DNA of 64,000 nt from Thermomicrobiales bacterium (GCA_050696075.1 JBOGUF010000216.1:54165-118164); one strand, 5' to 3'; counted from the first letter of the stretch, positions 52,629-62,710 are shown. The notes: a model not told the origin generated them from the sequence alone. A program made the numbers and translations.

Positions 52629-54446
52629 CTATTCCTCAACCCAGAGGAAGGGCAGCGGCCACAGGAAACCGGCCTGTGCGTTCGGCGCGTAGTTATGCAC
52701 GCGAACGTTGTAGCCGGTGCGATCCTTGCGGAACCAGAGGATACCGACTGGAAGGTCCTCGTTGACGATGTTGCTCGCCTCGATGAGCAACTGGCGGCGG
52801 GCCTCTGGATCGATTTCGCGGCTTGCCCGCGCGGCGAGTTCGTCATAGTCCGGATTGGAGTACTTCATCGCGTTGAAGCCCTGCTTGTAGTTGTTCGTGG
52901 CGAACATTGCCGTTTGGTCGCCGGTGGCGTCCCAATTGAAGCCGAGGAAGCAGACGGCGTAGTCGAAGTTCTCGACCAGGGCCGGAACCAGGACCGTGTC
53001 GAAGTCGACCGGGTTCGGCGTCACCGCCGCGCCGACCGCGCCCCATGCTTCTTGGACATAAGCGATGATCTGGTCGGAAGTCGCGGAGCCGCTGCCGTAC
53101 ATGATCTCGAACTCGAGCTTGTTGCCGTCGAGCTCCAGGACGCCGTCGCCGTCTTCATCTACCCAGCCTGCCTCGGCAAGCAACGCCATGGCCTGTTCCG
53201 GATCGTAGTTGTAGACGGTCGTGATCTGATCAGGCGCGTAGGCCAGCGAGAGGATCGGCTGCGTGCCGTTGGCGACCTCGGCATAGCCGAGCATGACGTT
53301 GTCGACCAAAGACTGCCGGTCGAGCGCATAGAAGAGCGCCTGGCGGGTGCGGGCATCCTGGAAGAGCGGCGTCTTCTCCGGGTCCAGGTTGTAGCCGTAC
53401 CAACTGAAGCTATAGGTATCGTAGAGCGCAACCTCAAGCGAGTCCTCGGACTGAACCGATTCGACGTCCGCCGGCGGCACGCCGTCGTAGATGTCGATGT
53501 TGCCAGCGCGCAACGCCTCGATCGCGGACGTTTCGTCCGGCCAGGTCTGGAAGATGAAGGTGTCGATCGTTGGCGCCTGGCTGGCGACCGTGTCCCAGTA
53601 GTTCTCGTTGCGAACAAAGGTCGCGGTGCCCTCGCCTTCGTTCAGCTCCTGGAAGACGAACGGGCCGCTGCCGATGACCCGCGCCGGATCGGCGCCGGTG
53701 CTACCAGCATCGGTCTGCCACTGATCAAACGGGACACTTTCCCAGATGTGCTTGGCGACGATCGGGCAGTAGAAGTTGCCGAGGAAGACCACTTGGGCCA
53801 GAACGTCGCTTGACACGACCTGAACCGTTTGGTCGTCCACCTTGGTGTACGAGGCGACCGTATCGTTGAAACTCCCCGTGTAGGAACTGCCGGTGAGCGG
53901 ATCGGACTGCGCGTCCATGCTGAAGATCACGTCGTCGGCGGTCAGTGGAGTGCCATCGTGCCAGACGGCGTTCGAGTTGAGGTGGAAGGTATAGGTCTTG
54001 CCGTCCTCGGCGATCTCCCAGAAGTCAGCGAGACCCGGCACGTATTGGCCGTCGATCGGACTTGAGGCGACGAGTGTCTCGTAAACCAACGCCAGCACCG
54101 GGTTAGTCGGGCTGTTGTTGGAGATCATCATGTTCGTCGTGGTTAGATTCGACGACGCGATTTCGCCAAGGATCACGGTGCCGCCTTGACTGGCCGGCTC
54201 CTCCTTCGCCGTCCACCACTCGTTGAGCTGCGCCGCCCATTCCTCGCGATTGATCGAGGTGAATGCGGACGCGGCGCCGGGGGTCGCATCCTGCGCGGAA
54301 GCGGGCACCGCCCGGAGAAAGATCGAAAGCGACGCGGCCGAGATACCGAGCGCGCCGGCTCGGCGGACGAGCTCCCGGCGCGAGATCGCGCCGTGGCAGA
54401 ACTGCCGATAGAGCTCGTTCAGTTGGCTGACGGAATTCACAGACAT
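52629..54446 (-). CDS. ABC transporter substrate-binding protein, family 5 (peptide/nickel), Tat-type signal
   Basis: Trimmed to ATG 54446 after AAGGAGAGG. Twin-arginine signal SRRELVRRAGALGISAASLSIFLRAVPASAQ. SBP_bac_5-like body. Confidence 0.9.
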   Translation of the reverse strand: MSVNSVSQLNELYRQFCHGAISRRELVRRAGALGISAASLSIFLRAVPASAQDATPGAASAFTSINREEWAAQLNEWWTAKEEPASQGGTVILGEIASSNLTTTNMMISNNSPTNPVLALVYETLVASSPIDGQYVPGLADFWEIAEDGKTYTFHLNSNAVWHDGTPLTADDVIFSMDAQSDPLTGSSYTGSFNDTVASYTKVDDQTVQVVSSDVLAQVVFLGNFYCPIVAKHIWESVPFDQWQTDAGSTGADPARVIGSGPFVFQELNEGEGTATFVRNENYWDTVASQAPTIDTFIFQTWPDETSAIEALRAGNIDIYDGVPPADVESVQSEDSLEVALYDTYSFSWYGYNLDPEKTPLFQDARTRQALFYALDRQSLVDNVMLGYAEVANGTQPILSLAYAPDQITTVYNYDPEQAMALLAEAGWVDEDGDGVLELDGNKLEFEIMYGSGSATSDQIIAYVQEAWGAVGAAVTPNPVDFDTVLVPALVENFDYAVCFLGFNWDATGDQTAMFATNNYKQGFNAMKYSNPDYDELAARASREIDPEARRQLLIEASNIVNEDLPVGILWFRKDRTGYNVRVHNYAPNAQAGFLWPLPFLWVEE

Positions 54447-54977
54447 CCTCTCCTTTTGCTTCGTACATCGACCAGGCATGAGAACGGCGTTTTCCTACCA
54501 ACCTGGCAGAAGTCGGCCGCGTTGTCTTGAACAAAAGCGACGCTCATCTCCTCCATGCCACGACGTTGTGTCCTGTGAACGCACCGGGCGTTCAAACCTG
54601 GATGCGTCCCACAAACCAAAGATGCCTCGGTCGCGAGCGCACTTTGACCATCGGGCCCCTTGTGTTGCACGCCCCCCGTATCCGACTGCAACAACCACCG
54701 TTCCTCGGTCATGTGACGCGTCGAGCCGAAGGAGATCGGCGCAGACTCGAGGAAGAGATCCCTGTCCAGAACTCTTGTCGTGGCGTGGTTGTCATCGTCT
54801 TGAGCGCCGGCGACACGGCCAGGGACTATAGGCACTACTGACGTTTAGTGTCAAGTCCGATAATTGCAGTGGCGGCTACCGTGGTTGCCTCTCCCTTCCA
54901 CCGCTGGTAGCATCAACGCCAAGAGCGGGCCACTCGTCGGACCGTTATCGGCCGGTGCCTTCTACAGGAGACCCTTC

Positions 54978-55826
54978 GTGCAAGAACTCGCGGCCACCAA
55001 GTACGGGCTCCTGCGTGACGCCGTCACGGGGATGGAATCGGTGCTGATCGCCTTTTCGGGAGGCGTGGACAGTACCCTGCTTCTCAAGGTGGCCCATGAC
55101 GCACTGGGCGATCGAGCCGTTGCTGCCAGCGGGCTTTCACAGACCTATGCGCCCGAGGAAATGGCCGAAGCGGAGCAAATTGCAGAGGAAATCGGCGTCC
55201 GCCACGTCGTCGTCTCGACGATGGAGTTGACCGATTCCCGGTATGCCGACAACACGCACCAGCGCTGTTTTTTCTGCAAGACCGAGCTCTACACGAAGCT
55301 GGCGGAACGCGCGAAGGAGCTGGGATGTGCCTTCGTTGCCGACGGCACAAACGCCGACGATGCGAGGGACTTTCGCCCCGGAATGCGGGCGGCGCATCAA
55401 CTCGGCGTCCGCAGCCCTCTGCTAGAGGTTGGTTTGACAAAGGCCGAGATCCGCGAGATCTCGCTGGAGCTGGGATTGCCGACCTGGGACAAACCGGCGG
55501 CGGCGTGCCTTTCTTCTCGTTTCGCCTATGGGGACCCGATCACTGTGGAGAAGTTGCGTCAGGTGGCGGCTGCCGAGTCGTTTCTCCGTGGCCTCGGTTA
55601 TCGAGGGTTTCGGGTGCGTCACGAGGGATTGACGGCCCGCCTCGAGTTTCCGCCTGAGGTAATGGCGGAGGTCCTGTCGCGCGGTGGGGAAATCGCTACG
55701 GGTGTGAGGGCAGCCGGATATCAATACGTCGCCTTGGATCTAGAAGGCTATCGGGCGGGCAGCTTGAACGAGGTGCTGAATGCGCGTCTCCAGTCGCGCG
55801 GATTACGGCGCGCGGGCGCTCTTTGA
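54978..55826 (+). CDS. larE: LarE-like PP-loop ATP-dependent sulfur transferase (three-Cys type)
   Basis: Trimmed to GTG 54978, 7 nt after AGGAG. PP-loop AFSGGVDS. CFFC (CxxC) plus AACLSSRF cysteine. GMRAA..LGVRSPL. Confidence 0.8.
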   Translation: MQELAATKYGLLRDAVTGMESVLIAFSGGVDSTLLLKVAHDALGDRAVAASGLSQTYAPEEMAEAEQIAEEIGVRHVVVSTMELTDSRYADNTHQRCFFCKTELYTKLAERAKELGCAFVADGTNADDARDFRPGMRAAHQLGVRSPLLEVGLTKAEIREISLELGLPTWDKPAAACLSSRFAYGDPITVEKLRQVAAAESFLRGLGYRGFRVRHEGLTARLEFPPEVMAEVLSRGGEIATGVRAAGYQYVALDLEGYRAGSLNEVLNARLQSRGLRRAGAL

Positions 55827-56205
55827 TCTCGCGCTCCACTTTGGGCAAGGCCCGGTGCAAAGCCGCGACATCGCGGTCAGGCAACGGGTGCCCGAGGCGT
55901 ATCTGCATCAGGTGTTGGGTGCGCTGAATCGCGCCGGACTGGTGCGCAGTACGCGTGGTCCGCTGGGCGGGCACGAGCTCGCGCGCGATCCGAGCCAAAT
56001 CACTCTCTGGGACGTGCTTCGCGTGCTCGATGGTCCGGACCGCCGCGCTCACCCGCACATCGACGAGACTCCGCAAGACGATCCGGTGCATGAAACGTGG
56101 CACGAGCTGCAAAGCAGGTCTGTCGAGTTTCTCCGGTCGATCTCGCTCGATACGCTGGTCGAGCGATACCGAGCGCGCACTCTGGTGCCGGATTACAGCA
56201 TTTGA
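55780..56205 (+). CDS. Rrf2 family transcriptional regulator
   Basis: MRVSSRADYGARALFDLA....VQSRDIA..Q.VPE.YL.QVL..L...GLV.S.RGP.GG. Overlaps the larE 3' end by 47 nt. I see no cluster-ligating Cys triad in the C-terminal part. Confidence 0.85.
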   Translation: MRVSSRADYGARALFDLALHFGQGPVQSRDIAVRQRVPEAYLHQVLGALNRAGLVRSTRGPLGGHELARDPSQITLWDVLRVLDGPDRRAHPHIDETPQDDPVHETWHELQSRSVEFLRSISLDTLVERYRARTLVPDYSI

Positions 56206-56237
56206 TCGAAGTGTGTTTCCGAGCGGCCCCGAACGCG

Positions 56238-57200
56238 TCAATCGGTGATCCGCGGATCAAACGCATCGCGCAGGCCGATTCCCGCCAGATTGATCGCCAG
56301 CACCGTGATGTAGATCATGAAGCCGGGCAGGAAGACGTTCCACCATGACTGGGCATAATGTCCGGCCCCCTCATCGAGCATATTCCCCCAGGACGGGATG
56401 GGGATTGGTACCCCGAATCCAAGGAAGCTCAATGCCGCCTCGGCGAGAATAAGGCCGGGCAGCGCCAGCGACGTCCAGACTATGACGATCGGCATGACGT
56501 TCGGAAAGATGTGCCGAAAGATGATGCGGCGATCGGGCGCGCCGACGACCCTGGCCGCCTCGATGTAATCGCGATTCCGTAGTGAGAGCACCTCGCCGCG
56601 GACCAGGCGCGCAATGCCGGTCCAGCCGTAGGAGGCGATGATGAGCGCGAGGCCGTCCGGGCCGGGAGTGAATATGGTCGAAATCAGCAGCAGGATGGCT
56701 AGCCCAGGCAGGCAAATCAAGACGTCGACCAAGCGCATCAAGATACTATCGATCTTGCCGCCGAAATAACCGGCGACCGCGCCCGCCGTGCAGCCAATCG
56801 TCAACGTCGCAGCGGCCGCGAGAAACGCCACGCGGAGTGAGACGCGACCGCCGTACGCAATGCGCGTCAAGAGATCCCGGCCGTTCGGATCCGTACCGAG
56901 CGCGTGATTATCCGTGAATGGCCCGGCGAGCCGGTTTCGGAGGTTATTCCGCGCGTAGTCATGGCCGGTTATATACTCTGAGACGAGACCCGCCGACAGC
57001 GAAAAGATGACGATGAAGAGGGTGATTGCCAGCGCCACGACGGCCACTTTGTTCCGCTTGAATCGCCCCCAGGCGAGCCGGTAGAAGCCAGGCGTCGAGC
57101 GCAACTGCGAGCGAAGGAGCGCATTTTCGCGGCTCCGCGCCGCATCAGGTGATGCGCCGCGATCGCCGGAAAGCGTTTCGGATTGATGCGCTTGTACCAT
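56238..57200 (-). CDS. Peptide/nickel ABC transporter permease, DppC/OppC type (copy c)
   Basis: Trimmed to ATG 57200. GTDPNGRDLLTRIAYGGRVSL, RDYIEAARVVGAPDRRIIFRHIFPN. Confidence 0.9.
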   Translation of the reverse strand: MVQAHQSETLSGDRGASPDAARSRENALLRSQLRSTPGFYRLAWGRFKRNKVAVVALAITLFIVIFSLSAGLVSEYITGHDYARNNLRNRLAGPFTDNHALGTDPNGRDLLTRIAYGGRVSLRVAFLAAAATLTIGCTAGAVAGYFGGKIDSILMRLVDVLICLPGLAILLLISTIFTPGPDGLALIIASYGWTGIARLVRGEVLSLRNRDYIEAARVVGAPDRRIIFRHIFPNVMPIVIVWTSLALPGLILAEAALSFLGFGVPIPIPSWGNMLDEGAGHYAQSWWNVFLPGFMIYITVLAINLAGIGLRDAFDPRITD

Positions 57201-57276
57201 CGTCGTGCCTTGGTCTCCTGCCCAACCGCCCACGCCGCAGTGCTTTTCGTTGAGTGCGACGCGAATGACGTCGCGG

Positions 57277-58263
57277 TTAGTACCGAATACGCGGGTCGAT
57301 GACGGCGTACAGTACATCCGCTAAGAGGTTACCGACCAAGGTGAGGACGGCGAGTAACGTGAAGATGCCCATCACCACCGTGTAGTCACGCTGATCGAGT
57401 GCTTGGAGTGTCAGTAGCCCTAGACCGGGGTAGGCGAAGATCCGTTCGATGAAAAAGGCGCCGCCGATGAGGCCCGGTAACGTCAGGCCGATGAGGGTGA
57501 TCAACGGCAGAATGGCGTTGCGGAACGCATGCACGTACAAGACGGTGTGTTGACGAAGCCCCTTGGCTTCCGCGGTGCGAACGTAGTCCTGGCGGATGAC
57601 TTCGAGCATGGACGACCGGATGTAGCGCATCCAGGCGGCGAGCTCGACGATGCCCAGGGCGAACGCGGGCATGATCAGATGCTCGACCCGGTCGAAGAAG
57701 CCACCACCACCGCGGTAGTCGTGCGTGCCGCTGACCGGCATTGCCGGCAATCCCCATTCCTGGAACTTGACCGCGAAGAGGATGATTAGCAAGAGGCCGA
57801 GCCAGAAGGTGGGAATCGAGAAGGCGGCGGTTGAACCGATCGTGGTGACGTGGTCGAAGAGTGAATTGCGCTTGACGGCCGCGTAGATTCCAAGTGGGAT
57901 CGAGATCAGCAGTGCAAAGAATAGGGACGTGATAGTCAAGAGCAGCGTGTTTGGCAGCGCATTCAAAATCCGGTCCGCGACCGGCGTGCCGTTGATCAGG
58001 GAATACCCGAGATCACCCTGCACGACGTCGCTGAGCCAGTAGAAGTAGCGGAACGGCCACGGTTCGTCGAGACCAAGGTTTGCCCGGATGCGTTCGATGT
58101 CCTGAGGACGGGCGCGCGGGTTGAACTCGATAGCCGACGTCGGGCTACCTGGAATCAGGTTAATGAGCGCAAAGGTCAAGAAGGTGATCCCCAGCATCAA
58201 GGGGATCATTTGCACCACTCGTCGAATGATGAAGGCTGCCACGGCCGTCACCTCGTGCCGCAT
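57277..58263 (-). CDS. Peptide/nickel ABC transporter permease, DppB/OppB type (copy c)
   Basis: FIIRRVVQMIPLMLGITFLTFALINLIPGSP, DYVRTAEAKGLRQHTVLYVHAFRNA. Confidence 0.9.
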   Translation of the reverse strand: MRHEVTAVAAFIIRRVVQMIPLMLGITFLTFALINLIPGSPTSAIEFNPRARPQDIERIRANLGLDEPWPFRYFYWLSDVVQGDLGYSLINGTPVADRILNALPNTLLLTITSLFFALLISIPLGIYAAVKRNSLFDHVTTIGSTAAFSIPTFWLGLLLIILFAVKFQEWGLPAMPVSGTHDYRGGGGFFDRVEHLIMPAFALGIVELAAWMRYIRSSMLEVIRQDYVRTAEAKGLRQHTVLYVHAFRNAILPLITLIGLTLPGLIGGAFFIERIFAYPGLGLLTLQALDQRDYTVVMGIFTLLAVLTLVGNLLADVLYAVIDPRIRY

Positions 58264-58350
58264 AGGGCATGGACCGGCCTAGTCTAATGGCCGAGTCCAG
58301 GGGGAAGGGGGCGCCAGGGTGGCGCCCCCCTTTCGTCTAGGCACGGGTCA

Positions 58351-60108
58351 CTATTGCTCCTCAACCCATGCGAACTGGAACGACCACATGAATCCGAACC
58401 CGCCCGGGTTGAAGTTGTTGACGCGCTCGGAGTACCCCGACATCTCCTGCCGGAAGACGAGGATGCCGTTCGCCGCGTCATTGTTCGCGATGTTCGATTG
58501 CTGGACCAGCAGCTGAATGCGCGCCTCCGGATCGAGTTCGCGCTGCGCCTGATCGTCAAGCGCGTCGTACTCCTCGTTGCAGTAGCGCATCGAGTTGAAG
58601 CCGTTCGGCGGCATTGAATCGCAGCGGAACATGATCCCCTGACCGCCGTCGGCCGACCAACTGAAGCCGAAGAGCGCGACGTCGTAGTCGCCGGTGTCGA
58701 CCCGTTCCTGTAGCGTCGTGAACGGAATCGCTTGCGGCAGCATGTCGATGCCGACCTCGGCCCATGCTTCCTGCATGTACGGGACCTGTTGATCGTAGGT
58801 GGCGACGCCGCGGGTGAAGATGAAGTCGAACCGAAGAACCTCGTCTTCGGTGATCGAACCGTCACCATTCAAGTCCTTGTCGCGGAAGCCGTCACCGTCG
58901 CTGTCGGTCCAGCCGGCTTCCTCGAGCACCTGCATCGCCATTTCGGGGTCGTAGTTGTAGATGACGTCGATCTGGTCCGGGGCATAGGCGGGAGAGAGCA
59001 CGGGCTGGGTGCCGTTCGCCTGCTCGGCGAAGCCCAGGTAGATCTCCTCAGCCATCAGCTCGCGGTCCAGCGCATACAGCATCGCCTGCCGCACCGCCAA
59101 ATCCTGGAACATCGGCTGCTCGAGGTTGGCAGCGTACCAATTGAAACGGAGCGTATCGTAGATCGCAACCTCGACGCCCTCCGCTTGCTGTACCTGCTCG
59201 ACCTGCGCCGGCGGGATGCCCTCGTAGATGTCGATTTCACCGGCGAGCAGCGCCTGAATCGCGGTGTTTTCCTCCGGGAAGACGCGGAAGATCACCTCAT
59301 CGACATAGGGCATCGCCTCGGTGTCCCAGTAGTTCTCGTTGCGGACGACCGTGACGCTCTCGCCTTGGACCCACTCTTGGAAGATGAACGGGCCGGTGCC
59401 AACGACGCTCTCCGGAACCTGCCCGGTGCTGATCGGGTCGTTCACCCAGTCGGCATTCGGAATGCCGCTCCAGATGTGCTCCGGGATGACAAACATCGTT
59501 CCCGGTACATCGTAAAGGAACGTTGCGAGTTGGTCCTTTGCGATCAGCCGAATGGTATTGTCGTCGATCACTTCATAGGATTCGAGCGCCAGGTCGATCG
59601 TCGACGTGTAGGCGCTATTGCTCTCGGGATTGAGGTAGGCGTCGATGGTGAACGCCACATCGTCAGCGGTGAAGGGTTCACCGTCGTGCCAGGTCGCGTT
59701 CGGGTTCAGGTTGAAGGTGTAGGTTATGCCGTCCTCGGCGATTTCGTAGCTATCAGCCAAGCCCGGCACGATCGTTCCGTCGATTGGACTGGTCCCGACC
59801 AGGCCCTCGTAGAAGAGCGCCAGCACGTAGTTGGTCGGAATGTCGTCGCCGAGGACGCCGTTGAGGGTGTCGATGTCGGAGATGTCTCCGAAGATCAGTT
59901 GGCCGCCTTGTTGGCCCTCTTCAAGCCCGAAGTGTTCGCGGAGTGCCGCGTAATAGTCCGCGCGGGGAACGGAAGTAATCACTTCACCGGTGCCGGCTGG
60001 GCCGGCTCCAGGAGTCGCTTCCTGAGCGATTGCAGCCGGCGCTACCAAACCGGTCGCCAAGAGAAGCGCCATAAGCAGCAGAGCCGGGATCGACCGCGGT
60101 CGACGCAT
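58351..60108 (-). CDS. ABC transporter substrate-binding protein, family 5 (peptide/nickel), Sec-type signal
   Basis: Trimmed to ATG 60108, 9 nt after GGAGG. Signal MRRPRSIPALLLMALLLATGLVAPAAIAQE. Paralogue of the 52629-54446 protein. Confidence 0.9.
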   Translation of the reverse strand: MRRPRSIPALLLMALLLATGLVAPAAIAQEATPGAGPAGTGEVITSVPRADYYAALREHFGLEEGQQGGQLIFGDISDIDTLNGVLGDDIPTNYVLALFYEGLVGTSPIDGTIVPGLADSYEIAEDGITYTFNLNPNATWHDGEPFTADDVAFTIDAYLNPESNSAYTSTIDLALESYEVIDDNTIRLIAKDQLATFLYDVPGTMFVIPEHIWSGIPNADWVNDPISTGQVPESVVGTGPFIFQEWVQGESVTVVRNENYWDTEAMPYVDEVIFRVFPEENTAIQALLAGEIDIYEGIPPAQVEQVQQAEGVEVAIYDTLRFNWYAANLEQPMFQDLAVRQAMLYALDRELMAEEIYLGFAEQANGTQPVLSPAYAPDQIDVIYNYDPEMAMQVLEEAGWTDSDGDGFRDKDLNGDGSITEDEVLRFDFIFTRGVATYDQQVPYMQEAWAEVGIDMLPQAIPFTTLQERVDTGDYDVALFGFSWSADGGQGIMFRCDSMPPNGFNSMRYCNEEYDALDDQAQRELDPEARIQLLVQQSNIANNDAANGILVFRQEMSGYSERVNNFNPGGFGFMWSFQFAWVEEQ

Positions 60109-60378
60109 GGTCCGTACCTCCATCCTTTAAACCTGTCCGTCCGCGAAGCCCCGTTGCATCGCGGGCCTAACGAGGTTCACCCCGTTCTATGTGTGCTGGT
60201 TGCGTTGAGACTAACGCACTGTTGGCGTGTTATGCAAATCCTCCTTTCACTCGCATCAGTGAACTTCCAGTTGACATCCTGTCGTGTGAGGGAATCACTG
60301 TGAGCCCGTGACATGTCGCGTTGCGCAAGATACAAGCCAGCACTGATCGCCGCCGGTGAATCGGCTCCTGACCTCGCA

Positions 60379-61875
60379 TCACCCGACGGTGACAACTTCG
60401 TCGATCTGGGCGCGCTGGAGCTTGCCGCTGAAGTCGACGTAGATGCTCTGCCACTCAGTGAAGAAGTCGAGGGCGGCGGTTCCGGCCTCACGATGGCCGT
60501 TGCCCGTCGCTTTGGTGCCGCCAAAGGGCAGGTGGATCTCGGCGCCGATGGTGCCGGCGTTGACGTAGAGGATGCCTGTGTCGATGTCCTGCATCGCGCG
60601 AAAGGCGCGATTGACGTCGGCGGTGAAGATCGAAGCGGAGAGGCCGAACTTGACGCCGTTGACGACGTCGATCGCCTCGTCGAGGGAATCGACCGGGATG
60701 ATCGCGGTGACCGGGCCGAAGATCTCCTCCTGGGCGATCCGCATCCGCGGTTCGACCTCGTCGAAGATCGTCGGGACGTGAAAATGCCCCTTGCCAAGTA
60801 CGCCCTCGCTGGCAATACGACCACCGACAGCGAGCGTCGCCCCTTCTTGCTGCCCGACCGCGACGTAGTCGTGGATGCGAGTGAGCTGACCTTCGCTCAC
60901 GACCGGACCGATCTCGACCGACTCGTCGAGACCGTTGCCCAAACGCATGCCGCCGGCGCGGCCAATTAGCCGGTCAAGCAGCGATTGTTGCACCGCGCGA
61001 TGGACGACGACCCGGCTGGCAGCGGTGCAGCGCTGGCCGGAGGTGCCAAAGGCACTCCAGAGGATGCCGTCGCTGGCGAGATCGAGGTCGGCGTCGTCCA
61101 TGACGATCACCGCGTTCTTGCCGCCCATTTCGAGGGAGAGCCGCTTGTTGTGCGTCGCGGCGCGGATGGCGACGTCGATGCCGGTCTCGTTCGAGCCGGT
61201 GAAGGAGATCAGGGGCACCCGCGGGTGGTCGATGATTGCGTTTCCGACGTCTTGGCCGTTGCCGAGGACCAGATTCACGACGCCGGCCGGCAACCCTGCC
61301 TCTTCGAGGACTTCGATCAGACGAATGCCCATGCGTGGCGTGTAGGTCGCTGGCTTGAAGACAACCGTGTTGCCGGCGATGAGGGCGGGCATGATCTTCC
61401 ACGATGGGATGGCCATCGGGAAGTTCCAGGGCGTGATGACGCCGCAGACGCCGAAGGGCTTGCGGACCGACATGTTAAATTTCTCGCGCAATTCGGACGG
61501 CGTCGTCTGCCCGTACATGCGTCGTCCCTCGCCGGCCATGTAGAAAGTCATGTCGATCGCCTCTTGGACGTCGCCGCGAGCCTCGGCGATGACCTTGCCC
61601 ATCTCTTCGGTCATTTCGCGCGCGAACTGCTCTTTGCGGTCGAGCAAGATCTGAGCGGCGCGAAACAGGATCTCGCCGCGCTTCGGGGCGGGATAGAGGC
61701 GCCAGCTCTTGAACGCCGTCGCCGCCGCATGGACGGCGGCATCAACGTCGGCAGGACCACTCTTGGTAAAGGCGCCGACGAGATCACCATTCGCAGGGTT
61801 TAGACGTTCGAACGTCGCCCCGGTTGCCGACTCGACCCAATGACCGCCGATGTAGTTCTTGAAGAGGTCAGACAT
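60379..61875 (-). CDS. NAD(P)-dependent aldehyde dehydrogenase family protein
   Basis: Trimmed to ATG 61875 ([14 protein letters not shown]). [23 protein letters not shown], catalytic Cys in GQRCTAASR. Confidence 0.9.
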   Translation of the reverse strand: MSDLFKNYIGGHWVESATGATFERLNPANGDLVGAFTKSGPADVDAAVHAAATAFKSWRLYPAPKRGEILFRAAQILLDRKEQFAREMTEEMGKVIAEARGDVQEAIDMTFYMAGEGRRMYGQTTPSELREKFNMSVRKPFGVCGVITPWNFPMAIPSWKIMPALIAGNTVVFKPATYTPRMGIRLIEVLEEAGLPAGVVNLVLGNGQDVGNAIIDHPRVPLISFTGSNETGIDVAIRAATHNKRLSLEMGGKNAVIVMDDADLDLASDGILWSAFGTSGQRCTAASRVVVHRAVQQSLLDRLIGRAGGMRLGNGLDESVEIGPVVSEGQLTRIHDYVAVGQQEGATLAVGGRIASEGVLGKGHFHVPTIFDEVEPRMRIAQEEIFGPVTAIIPVDSLDEAIDVVNGVKFGLSASIFTADVNRAFRAMQDIDTGILYVNAGTIGAEIHLPFGGTKATGNGHREAGTAALDFFTEWQSIYVDFSGKLQRAQIDEVVTVG

Positions 61876-61956
61876 CGCCTCGCACCTTTCATTGCCATGT
61901 GGTTGCACTGGCGGCTGAGTCTAGCAGCGAGCGTGATTGACGACCAAAGCGTCGGC

Positions 61957-62508
61957 TCAGTGGAGGCGGTGCCGGAGCGGGTCCTCGATGTATTGCCCGA
62001 GTTGCAGGGAGCGGAGGACTTCTCGCCAGATCGGATCGAGACGGGTGTAGTCTTCCGGCCAAAAGTAAAAGCTCATCAAGGTTGTGACGTCGGAGCCGCG
62101 GGCGACGCAGGTACGGGCGCACGCCTCGCGCTTCTCGCGCTTGTCGATGAACCGCGTTTCGATCCAGGCGTATTCGAGGTCGCCCCGCTTGCGACGCTTG
62201 ATCTCGCCTCGCCCGATTTCATCGGTTTCCGGTGCGCCCATGGCGTCGACGAGTAGTTTGTCGAGAGGCAGATCAGTCCAGTCGATGCCGGGTGGCAATC
62301 GCCAAAAGGAGACTTCCAAGGTGCACTGATCGTCGGGCGGCTTAAGGTCAAAGAACTTGGCGGAACTGGTTCCGGGCTCGAAGATCCAGTTTTCGGGGAA
62401 GTCGAAGCGCACCGCTCCACGATCCGCGACGAAAATCCGGTTGCCGGCCTTTGCCCGCCAGCCATGGTTGTCGGGCAGCCGAAAGCTCCGATCTTCCCAT
62501 TTTGCCAT
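61957..62508 (-). CDS. Hypothetical protein
   Basis: 183-aa ORF with a normal, non-repetitive composition rich in W/F/D/E. No family recognised. Confidence 0.55.
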   Translation of the reverse strand: MAKWEDRSFRLPDNHGWRAKAGNRIFVADRGAVRFDFPENWIFEPGTSSAKFFDLKPPDDQCTLEVSFWRLPPGIDWTDLPLDKLLVDAMGAPETDEIGRGEIKRRKRGDLEYAWIETRFIDKREKREACARTCVARGSDVTTLMSFYFWPEDYTRLDPIWREVLRSLQLGQYIEDPLRHRLH

Positions 62509-62536
62509 GCTGTTATTACCTCGCTGATTCGGCTAG

Positions 62537-62575
62537 TAACAAAAGACTGGAGGAGCGAACCCGCCGCCTCCAGTC
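62537..62575 (-). terminator. Intrinsic terminator after tRNA-Asn
   Basis: 9-bp stem GACTGGAGG/CCTCCAGTC with a 13-nt loop. On the minus strand it is followed by TTTTGTTAC. Confidence 0.6.
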
Positions 62576-62581
62576 TCTTCG

Positions 62582-62656
62582 TGGCTCCCCGACTAGGATT
62601 CGAACCTAGAACCTACCGGTTAACAGCCGGCCGCTCTACCGTTGAGCTATCGGGGA
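62582..62656 (-). tRNA. tRNA-Asn (anticodon GUU), CCA encoded
   Basis: Hand-folded 75-nt cloverleaf. Acceptor TCCCCGA/TCGGGGA; D arm GCTC-AACGGTA-GAGC; anticodon arm GCCGG-CTGTTAA-CCGGT; T arm CTAGG-TTCGAAT-CCTAG; discriminator G; CCA. Confidence 0.93.
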
Positions 62657-62679
62657 TCGAGCGCATCCTCAACGGCGCG

Positions 62680-62710
62680 ATTGTAGCACGGGACTATTTC
62701 TGAGGTACAA
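62680..62710 (-). promoter_or_regulatory. Candidate promoter of tRNA-Asn
   Basis: Minus strand: TTGTAC, 19-nt spacer, TGcTACAAT (extended -10). About 24 nt upstream of the tRNA 5' end. Confidence 0.5.

Noticed and set aside
54447-54977. A 530-nt divergent region between SBP1 and larE, inspected for riboswitches, operators and small ORFs.
   Set aside because: I found no convincing promoter pair, palindromic operator or conserved structured element. The ORFs in the track there are short and compositionally implausible.
56090-56112. TGGCAC-containing sequences that could be sigma-54 -24 elements for the orphan EBP. Others occur near 4274, 4292, 18713, 42853 and 51516.
   Set aside because: All lie inside coding regions, and none has the TTGC -12 element at the required 5-nt spacing.
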